Assembly (NCBI GenBank): GCA_965261595.1
Contig: CBDHDG010000005.1
Span: 352,001 to 416,000, forward strand
Direction of reading: 5' to 3'
From: a bacterium
GTDB taxonomy: Bacteria > UBA8248 > JACPRG01 > G963555815
Length of the DNA stretch: 64,000 nucleotides
In this document: positions 57,331 to 64,000 of the stretch, piece after piece
Layout: each line of letters starts with the position of its first letter
Position numbering within the stretch: position 1 is the first letter of the stretch
Made by a program: the position numbers and the translations under genes
Notes under the pieces: generated by a model
Database searches by the model: none
The model's input: the letters and a program-made list of their open reading frames with translations, nothing else
What the model was told of the DNA's origin: nothing

Positions 57331-58905
57331 TTAATCTTTTTCCCGGAGCCTGAACCTCTGGATCTTCCCCGTGGCGGTCTTGGGGAGGGCGTTGACGAAC
57401 TCGTACCAGCGGGGCCGCTTGTAGGCGGCGATCTTCTCCCGGACGAACGCCGTCAGCTCCTCGGCCAGGGCGTCCGACCCCTCTCCCTGGTGACCCTCGG
57501 CCAGGACGACGCACGCCTTGGGCTTGATGAGGCCGTCGTCGTCCTCTTGGCCGATGACGCCCGCTTCCAGGACGGCGGGGTGCGCGATGAGCGTGTTCTC
57601 GACCTCGACGGGCGAGACCCAGATGCCGCCGACCTTGAGCATGTCGTCCGACCGACCGCTGTACCAATAGTGGCCCTCTTCGTCTCGGGTGTACTTGTCG
57701 CCCGAGACGAACCACTCGCCGCGCATGGATTGCTTGGACTGCTCGTGCTTGTTCCAGTAGAAGGGAGAGCCGCTTTCGCCCTTCACCCAGAGGTTTCCGA
57801 TCTCGCCCTCCGGGACGGGCCGACCCTCCTCGTCCACGATCTTCACCTCGTAGCCGGGGACGGGCGTGCCGCTGCTGCCGGGCTTCACCCGGCCCGCCCG
57901 GTTCGACAGATAGATGTGGAGCATCTCGGTCGAGCCGATGCCATCGAGGATCTCGACGCCGAACCGTTTTTTCCACTGGTTGAAGAGCTCGGCAGGCAGG
58001 GACTCGCCGGCCGAGACGCAGAGGCGGAGCGAGCTCAAGTCGTAGCGGTCCTCGGCGTCCTTGATCTGAAGCATCGCGGCGTACATCGTCGGCACGCAGT
58101 AGAAGAGCGTCGGTTTCTCGCGGTCGATGACCTGGAACATCTCCTCCGGCTTGGGCGGACCGGGGTGGAGGACGCAGGACCCCCCCACGCGGAAGGGGAA
58201 GTAGAGGTTGTTCCCCAGGCCGTAAGCGAAGAAGAGCTTCGCCACCGAGAACGTGCGGTCGGCCTCGCCGATGTCGAGGACGTTGCGGGCGTACAGGTCG
58301 GCGCAATGGATCATGTCGTGGTGGAGGTGCACGGCCCCCTTGGGAAAGCCCGTCGACCCGGAGCTGTAGAGCCAGAACGCGGCCTCGTCCCTGTGCGTCC
58401 CGGCGGGATCGAGGTCGTCCGGTTGGCCATCCACGAAGTCGTCGTACGAGACTTCGCCATCGCCCGGATCGCCGACGACGATGACGTGTTCCGGGAAATT
58501 CAGCCCGGCGCGGATCTCCCGGACCTCTCCCATCAGCCGTTCGTGGGCGATGAGCGCGCGGGCGCGAGAATCGTCGAACAGGTAACGGTAGTCGGCCGCT
58601 TTGAGGAGGGTGTTGATGGGGATGGGGACGGCGCCGATCCGCATCGTCCCGAAGAACGACGCGGCGAACTCCGGCGAGTCCGGAAGCAGGAGGAGCACCC
58701 GTTGCTCGCGCTGGACGCCGATCGAGAGCAGGGCGTTGCCCAGGCGGTTAACCATCCGCCCGACCTGAAGGTAGGAGAAGGTCTGTCCCTCGTAGTGGAT
58801 GGCGGTCCGATCACCCCGGCCGGCGGCCAGGTTCTCGTCGATGAAGGTCGTCGAGGCGTTGTAGGTTTCGGGGATGGATGCGGCCACGGTTTCGGCGTCC
58901 CACAT
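57331..58905 (-). CDS. Benzoate-CoA ligase family protein
   Basis: FWLYSSGSTGFPKG, FSVAKLFFAYGLGN, VSAGESLP, DGIGSTEMLHIYLSN, DDMLKVGGIWVSP, LPKTATGKIQRF. Confidence 0.93.
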   Translation of the reverse strand: MWDAETVAASIPETYNASTTFIDENLAAGRGDRTAIHYEGQTFSYLQVGRMVNRLGNALLSIGVQREQRVLLLLPDSPEFAASFFGTMRIGAVPIPINTLLKAADYRYLFDDSRARALIAHERLMGEVREIRAGLNFPEHVIVVGDPGDGEVSYDDFVDGQPDDLDPAGTHRDEAAFWLYSSGSTGFPKGAVHLHHDMIHCADLYARNVLDIGEADRTFSVAKLFFAYGLGNNLYFPFRVGGSCVLHPGPPKPEEMFQVIDREKPTLFYCVPTMYAAMLQIKDAEDRYDLSSLRLCVSAGESLPAELFNQWKKRFGVEILDGIGSTEMLHIYLSNRAGRVKPGSSGTPVPGYEVKIVDEEGRPVPEGEIGNLWVKGESGSPFYWNKHEQSKQSMRGEWFVSGDKYTRDEEGHYWYSGRSDDMLKVGGIWVSPVEVENTLIAHPAVLEAGVIGQEDDDGLIKPKACVVLAEGHQGEGSDALAEELTAFVREKIAAYKRPRWYEFVNALPKTATGKIQRFRLREKD

Positions 58906-58992
58906 GGTGCACCTCCTTGCGGGATAAAGGGCGATCGGGGGGCGGGGAGGGGGGGGACTCTCGTTGCCGAAACCCGTATACCCTATCTCCTC

Positions 58993-59042
58993 GGGGGTTT
59001 GCAAACCCTATTTTACGGGGGGTTTGCAAACCCTATTTTACG
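58993..59042. promoter_or_regulatory. Exact 25-bp tandem duplication, each unit containing the palindrome GGGTTTGCAAACCC; candidate operator
   Basis: GGGGGTTTGCAAACCCTATTTTACG x2 in the divergent intergenic region. Confidence 0.55.
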
Positions 59043-59223
59043 GATGGATGGAAGGAGAGCCCATTTGGTTATTTCCTGTCAATGGTTTAATATGCAAATG
59101 CCGTAATATTCTTGAATAGAAGTATCACACGGGTTTTGTTCGAGCCGGGACCGACCCGGTCTGGGGACCGCCCGGTCTGGGAACGCGCCCCGGTCTTGTG
59201 AGGATGCTTTCAGGAGGAATGTC

Positions 59224-60018
59224 ATGCAGGACAACGCGAAACTGGTTTCCCTCGATAAAGAAGACGGGGTGGCGTACTTGACGCTGAATGATCCCCCGGC
59301 GAACACGTACACCCACGAGATGATGCGTCAGCTTGATGATGCCATCCTGGACGCGCGCTTCGACGATTCGGTCTCGGTGATCGTCCTGTGGGGGGAAGGC
59401 GAGAAGTTTTTCTGCGCGGGGGCGAACATCGGCATGCTCAACGAAGTCACGCCCAAGTTCAAGTATTACTTCTGCCTGCACGCCAACGAGACCCTGAACC
59501 GCCTGGAGCAGACCCCCAAGCTGGTCATCGCGGCGCTGAACGGCCACACCGTCGGCGGCGGGCTCGAGATCGCGATGGCCGCCGACATCCGCGTCGCCAA
59601 GAAAGACGGCGGCAAGATCGGCCTGCCCGAGGTGGGCCTGGGCGTTCTGCCGGGCACCGGCGGCACGCAGCGCCTGCCCCGGATCATCGGAAAGGCCCAG
59701 GCCATCGAGCTCATGGTCACCGGCCGGACCTTCGGATTCGATGAGGCCCGGGAGATGGGGCTGGTCAACGCGATTTTCGAGGCCGATGGTTTCCGGGAAC
59801 AGGTCAAGGAGTACGCCCGGACGTTCGCCCCGCCCAACAAGGCCTCCAAGGCGGTCGGGCACATCAAGCGGTGCGTCCAGTCGGGACTGGAGGCCTCTTT
59901 CGGGGACGGCCTCGCCATCGAGCGCGAGCTTCAGCAGATCCTGTTCCAGAGCGAAGACGCCAAGGAAGGGATCGCGGCCTACACCGAAAAGAGGACCGCC
60001 AAGTTCTCCGGAGACTGA
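59224..60018 (+). CDS. Enoyl-CoA hydratase/crotonase-family protein (possibly short BoxC-like)
   Basis: LNDPPANTY, KFFCAGANI, FKYYFCLHANET, GHTVGGGLE, GLPEVGLGVLPGTGGTQRL. Confidence 0.88.
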   Translation: MQDNAKLVSLDKEDGVAYLTLNDPPANTYTHEMMRQLDDAILDARFDDSVSVIVLWGEGEKFFCAGANIGMLNEVTPKFKYYFCLHANETLNRLEQTPKLVIAALNGHTVGGGLEIAMAADIRVAKKDGGKIGLPEVGLGVLPGTGGTQRLPRIIGKAQAIELMVTGRTFGFDEAREMGLVNAIFEADGFREQVKEYARTFAPPNKASKAVGHIKRCVQSGLEASFGDGLAIERELQQILFQSEDAKEGIAAYTEKRTAKFSGD

Positions 60019-60191
60019 TTGTTACTCGGCCGGGGCTCGGCCGGCCGATTCGATGAAGCGGGCGCGGCCGGATGCGCGCCCGTTTTTTGCGTCCCGATCC
60101 GGAGTTTCCCGCTCACCGACCCGTGCGCCAGCGGTCCACCTCTTACCCTGATCGTGGAGAGATGGGCGGGGGGAGAGAGGGGAGAGGACGG

Positions 60192-61061
60192 TTACTTCCG
60201 CCGGCCCTGTTCGTCGTACGTGTAGACGCCCCGGCCGGTCTTTCGGCCCAGCCGGCCGGCGGCGACGTGCTTCAGATGGATGGGGGTGGGGCGGTAGCGG
60301 TCGCCGAGGGTTTTCTGGAGGTGTTCGAGGATGTGCAGGCGCGTGTCGAGGCCGACCATGTCCACCATCTCCAGCGGCCCCATCGGGTGGTTGAGCCCCA
60401 GGCGGACGGCGGTGTCGATGTCCTCGGCCGAGGCGACCCCTTCCTGAAGCATCCGGAAGGCCTCGTTGCCCACCAGGGCGTTGACGCGCGACGTGATGAA
60501 GCCGGGGGACTCGTTGACGACGACCGTCTCCTTCCCCATCCCGCGCGAGACCTCCTCGGCCGTCCGGATGGATTCCTCCGAGGATTCGAGCCCCCGGATG
60601 ATCTCGACCAGCCTCATGATGTGGGGCGGGTTGAAGAAGTGCATGCCCAGGACGCGGTCGGGGCGGCTCGTCGCCCCACCCATCTCGGTGACGCTCAGGG
60701 CGGAGGTGTTGGACGCCAGGATGGCGTGGCCCGGGGCGATGCGGTCGAGCCGGCCGAACAGGTCGAGCTTCGCGGCCATGTCCTCGACGACGGCCTCGAT
60801 GACCAGGTCGGCGCCCGACGCGGCCTCTTCCAGGTCGAGCGTGAAGGTGAGACGGCCGAGGGCGGCCTTCATCTCGTCCTCAGTGACTTTGCCCCGCTCG
60901 ACGCCTTTTTGAAGGTTGCGCCGGATGGCGTCCAGGCCTTTTTCAAGGAAAGCCGCGTCGAGGTCCAGGAGGCAGGTCGCATAACCGCCCAGCGCCGCGA
61001 CGTGGGCGATCCCGCCCCCCATGATCCCGGCCCCGATGACGGCGATTCGTTTGACTTCCAC
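60192..61061 (-). CDS. 3-hydroxyacyl/3-hydroxybutyryl-CoA dehydrogenase
   Basis: GAGIMGGGIA, IEAVVE, ASNTS, GMHFFNP, PGFITSR, HPMGPL, GRKTGRG. Confidence 0.93.
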   Translation of the reverse strand: MEVKRIAVIGAGIMGGGIAHVAALGGYATCLLDLDAAFLEKGLDAIRRNLQKGVERGKVTEDEMKAALGRLTFTLDLEEAASGADLVIEAVVEDMAAKLDLFGRLDRIAPGHAILASNTSALSVTEMGGATSRPDRVLGMHFFNPPHIMRLVEIIRGLESSEESIRTAEEVSRGMGKETVVVNESPGFITSRVNALVGNEAFRMLQEGVASAEDIDTAVRLGLNHPMGPLEMVDMVGLDTRLHILEHLQKTLGDRYRPTPIHLKHVAAGRLGRKTGRGVYTYDEQGRRK

Positions 61062-61302
61062 GGCGTGTCCGTCCTTTGCCGGAACCGGATCGCCGAAGCG
61101 TCCGCGGGGGTTATCGCGTCGCGGCGCCCGGCGCGGAGAAGGTGGGCCGCGCCCGGACATGACGTTCGGGCTTGATGTGCGGGAAAGTATAGCATAAGCT
61201 TCCCGTGGCCCATGGGCCACCGGATGGCGGCGAAACCCGCCGTTGTCCGTCCCTTTGCCGGAGATTTTCGTGCCGGAGGCTCTAGTGCCGGAGGCTCTCG
61301 GG

Positions 61303-61827
61303 ATGCGCGCGGCGCCGGGAAGATCGGTCGTCGAGACGGAGCGGCTGCTCCTGCGCCCCCTTGCGCCCGCTGACCTGGAGGATTTCGCGGCGATCTTTTC
61401 CGACCCGGAGGTCACCCGCTATCTGGGGTACGACGCCGGGGACTACGGCCGAAGCAGACGGGAGCTCGAGTTCTGGATCGATGCCCATGAGCGCCGGGGG
61501 ACCGGCATGTCGGGGGTGGTGCATAAGGCCGACGGGAGGCTGATTGGACGGTGCGGGTTCGCGCCCTGGGAGCTGGACGGCATGCGGGAGATCGAGCTGA
61601 GCTTTGTCCTGAACCGGTCTTATTGGGGACAGGGGATCGCGACGGAGGCGGTCGCCGCCCTTCGCGATCACGGATTTCAGGCTTGCGGCTTCCAGCGGCT
61701 GGTCTCGCTTCTCCATCCCGACAACACCGCCTCGGAGCGCGTCGCCCGAAAGGTCGGGATGACGTTCGAGCGGGACGTCCACTCGGTCACGCAGAGCCTT
61801 TCGCTCTTCGCCGTCCACCGGCCGTAG
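61303..61827 (+). CDS. GNAT N-acetyltransferase (RimJ/RimL type)
   Basis: ETERLLLRP, IGRCG, YWGQGIATEA, PDNTASERVARKVGM. Confidence 0.9.
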   Translation: MRAAPGRSVVETERLLLRPLAPADLEDFAAIFSDPEVTRYLGYDAGDYGRSRRELEFWIDAHERRGTGMSGVVHKADGRLIGRCGFAPWELDGMREIELSFVLNRSYWGQGIATEAVAALRDHGFQACGFQRLVSLLHPDNTASERVARKVGMTFERDVHSVTQSLSLFAVHRP

Positions 61828-61960
61828 CCAAAAACGAAGCCGCTCCGGGCTTGTTTTCGCTCGATCAAAACGATCTGGGGGGAAAGGGTGATGGCCGGGC
61901 GTCGTTTTGCGTTCATCGAAATGGTATTCTCGTCCGCACGAAGTCTTTGGAGAGGTTGAG

Positions 61961-63169
61961 ATGCGCGGCCGCATCGGTTGGTCCCCCTTGATCGCATTCA
62001 TCCTGGCGGGTTGTTGCGCGCCCGGCGGCCCCCTGGTCCGGGTCCCGCCGGCTCCGGATATCGAGGCGGCGCGCAAAGAGAATTCGGTGATTTGGTATAC
62101 CTCGCTTCGGCGGGAAACGGCCGCCAAGCTGATGGAGGCCTTTCGGCGGGCATCCGGAATCGATGTCCGCGGCTTCCATGGGTCGGACGCGGCGTTGAAA
62201 TCGCGGTTCGTCGGAGAGTGGACCGGGAAGAAGGCCGGAGCGGACCTTCTCCAGTTGACCGACCCCGGGATGTTCGCCGATCTCAAAGCGCGCGGGCTCC
62301 TGCGCCGGGCGGATACGCCGAACCTACTGAAAGTCCCGCGCTGGCTGAGGGATCCGGGGGGGTTCTGGGTTGCGTCCCACATTGTGACGGCGGTCCTGGC
62401 GTATCGGCCCGATCGTCTCAAGCCGAGGAGCGTCCCCCGCTCCTGGAGCGCGCTGGCCGACGCGCGTTTCCGGAACCGGCTGATCGTCCCCGATCCGGCC
62501 GAAAGCGGGCCGGCGTTTTATTGGGCGGCGGCGATGGTGAGACTCCATGGCTGGAATTTTCTCGAGGCCCTGGGCCGGAACGCGGCGGCCGTCCTTCCCT
62601 ACCGTGAAGCCGCCGGACGGCTGGCCGCCGGACAGGCCTGGGTCTCGGGCGGGTTGTCGGGCGAGGGTGTCTGGCGGGCGGTAAGGGCCGGGCGTCCGGT
62701 GGCGCTCGGGATTCCCGCCGAGGGCGTCCCGGCGATCCCCGCGGCGGCGGCCTTGCCGGAGGGGGCGCCCCATCCCATCGCGGGCGCGGCGTTCCTGGAT
62801 TTTCTGTTGTCTCCGCCGGCCCAGCGGATTCTCGCCGGCGACGGATTTTACCCCGCCCTTCCGGATGTCCGGGCGCCGGCCGGGCGCACGGCGCTGAATC
62901 GGCTCCGCCTGCTTCAGCTTCCCTGGGAGCGAACCGCCCGGTCCGGAGAGAAATTCCGCCGGAGGCTGGGCCGAAGCCTGAGGGCCGCCGCCCGATCGGG
63001 TGCAATGTTCCCTGAATCTCCCGGAGTCGCGGGGGCGTCCCGGCCGGCCGGCCGAAGGACGCGGGCGCTTCCGGTCGAGCCGGTTCGCGGCGGTGCCCAC
63101 CCATGCGGCGGGTTCGGATTTCAAACGGCCGGACTTCAACCCTTCCGGGTCTCACTCCGAAGCCGGTGA
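61961..63169 (+). CDS. Extracellular solute-binding lipoprotein (AfuA/Fe3+-like family); C-terminus uncertain
   Basis: LAGC lipobox, VIWYTS, PRSWSAL, IVPDPAESG, APHP.A..FLDFLLS. Confidence 0.8.
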   Translation: MRGRIGWSPLIAFILAGCCAPGGPLVRVPPAPDIEAARKENSVIWYTSLRRETAAKLMEAFRRASGIDVRGFHGSDAALKSRFVGEWTGKKAGADLLQLTDPGMFADLKARGLLRRADTPNLLKVPRWLRDPGGFWVASHIVTAVLAYRPDRLKPRSVPRSWSALADARFRNRLIVPDPAESGPAFYWAAAMVRLHGWNFLEALGRNAAAVLPYREAAGRLAAGQAWVSGGLSGEGVWRAVRAGRPVALGIPAEGVPAIPAAAALPEGAPHPIAGAAFLDFLLSPPAQRILAGDGFYPALPDVRAPAGRTALNRLRLLQLPWERTARSGEKFRRRLGRSLRAAARSGAMFPESPGVAGASRPAGRRTRALPVEPVRGGAHPCGGFGFQTAGLQPFRVSLRSR

Positions 63170-63182
63170 CTCCTCCTCGCGG

Positions 63183-64000
63183 CTATTGTCGTTTGACGAA
63201 TATCGGATTGGTGATCAGGTGGGCGGAGCGTGAGACCTGGGCGTCCAGCCGGTAGTATACGGTTTCGCCCTTGAGAGATTCGGTGTCGACGTGCCGCGTC
63301 TCAAGGGGCGTCTTCCCCGTGAACGTCCGGATGACCTTTCCGTTCCGGATGAGCTGGACCGTGAGGTCCCGGGCGCTGTCGTCGGAGGCGGAGATGCGGA
63401 ACCGGATCTCGGGGGGGGTGTCGGTCGTCAAGGTTTCTCCGGACAGGGCCATCAGGTTCCGATCGCGCGAGAGGATCTCAAAGCGGTCCAGGCGCAGCCG
63501 CCCCGGGCCGTAACCCCGGACCACGTACATCCGTCCTTCCTGAAGGGCCGTGAGGACTTCCTTCTCGGAGCGTTTTTTGAGCAGGAAGACGGTCTGAATG
63601 TCCGACAGCCGCTTTCGCGAACGAATTTCTTTCTTGTTATGGAAATCGACTCCCCCGTAGGCCCAGACGGGGGTCTTTCGTTTGTTTTGGATGTATTCCC
63701 CGAGGACCCGGTCCCATTGCCGGCCGGGTTTGCTGGCGACGAAGTTATCCTCATAAATGGCGTCGAAAGCCGTATATCCCGTCGATTCAATCAGGACGTC
63801 GGGGTTGGGGTCCGTCTCCAGCGTCACGGGACCGAGGTTTTGCGTTTTCAGGAGGGAGCCTTGATGCGCCCACAGGACGACCCCCCCCTTTTTGACGGCC
63901 GCGTTGATGAGGGCCTGGTACGGCAAGATGCCCGGGTCTCCGCCGTAAGGATCGCTCGGGGGCTTCACGAAGGGGAGCTCGTTCACCGCGAGCGGAACGA
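63183..64000 (-). CDS. Partial (5'-truncated by window edge) PHP-like metallohydrolase-related protein
   Basis: VVLWAH, WDRVL, YGGVDFH, ALQEGRMY, YYRL..ITNPIFV end. Confidence 0.6.
   Translation of the reverse strand, partial: VPLAVNELPFVKPPSDPYGGDPGILPYQALINAAVKKGGVVLWAHQGSLLKTQNLGPVTLETDPNPDVLIESTGYTAFDAIYEDNFVASKPGRQWDRVLGEYIQNKRKTPVWAYGGVDFHNKKEIRSRKRLSDIQTVFLLKKRSEKEVLTALQEGRMYVVRGYGPGRLRLDRFEILSRDRNLMALSGETLTTDTPPEIRFRISASDDSARDLTVQLIRNGKVIRTFTGKTPLETRHVDTESLKGETVYYRLDAQVSRSAHLITNPIFVKRQ

Noticed and set aside
55099..59042. CRISPR array or integron attC sites among the short repeats
   Set aside because: No series of three or more equal repeats with unique, similar-length spacers; no cas or intI gene; no convincing RYYYAAC...GTTRRRY pair closing a cassette.
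61255..61300. 15-bp tandem repeats before the GNAT gene (and ~17-bp repeats at 59146-59196)
   Set aside because: Two or three degenerate copies consistent with local slippage; no function evident.
1..64000. Genome-wide UGA reassignment suggested by two in-frame TGAs
   Set aside because: Many well-defined genes here end at TGA at their expected C-termini, including ATGA overlaps.

Overview
A GC-rich, gene-dense bacterial window, probably from a long-read MAG, since at least six otherwise intact genes carry 1-2 nt indels, mostly in or beside homopolymer runs. It is dominated by accessory catabolism of aromatic and N-heterocyclic compounds: four UbiD (de)carboxylases, three xanthine-dehydrogenase/HcrA-type molybdopterin large subunits without small subunits, two Rieske oxygenase alpha subunits, two PaaK-like ligases, a benzoate-CoA ligase, an AOR-family enzyme with MoaD, a hydantoinase/oxoprolinase A/B pair, an NMT1-type ABC importer, ComD/E-like decarboxylase subunits and beta-oxidation enzymes. 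It also holds fhs and a secreted metzincin locus. I found no rRNA, tRNA, CRISPR array or transposase. The best leads are: (1) a ~2.1 kb more AT-rich insert bounded by inward-facing AAGGGGACA motifs with stuttered ends, which decapitates a caspase-family gene; (2) an M20 protein resembling the aromatic aminohydrolase NaaA; (3) a UbiD-ligase-nitroreductase-ligase-MoaD-PadR-AOR cluster; (4) an in-frame UGA with a SECIS-like hairpin in a CocE/NonD hydrolase; (5) a dispersed intergenic element whose 17-bp hairpin shows compensatory changes. All family assignments come from motif recognition by eye; no searches were run.
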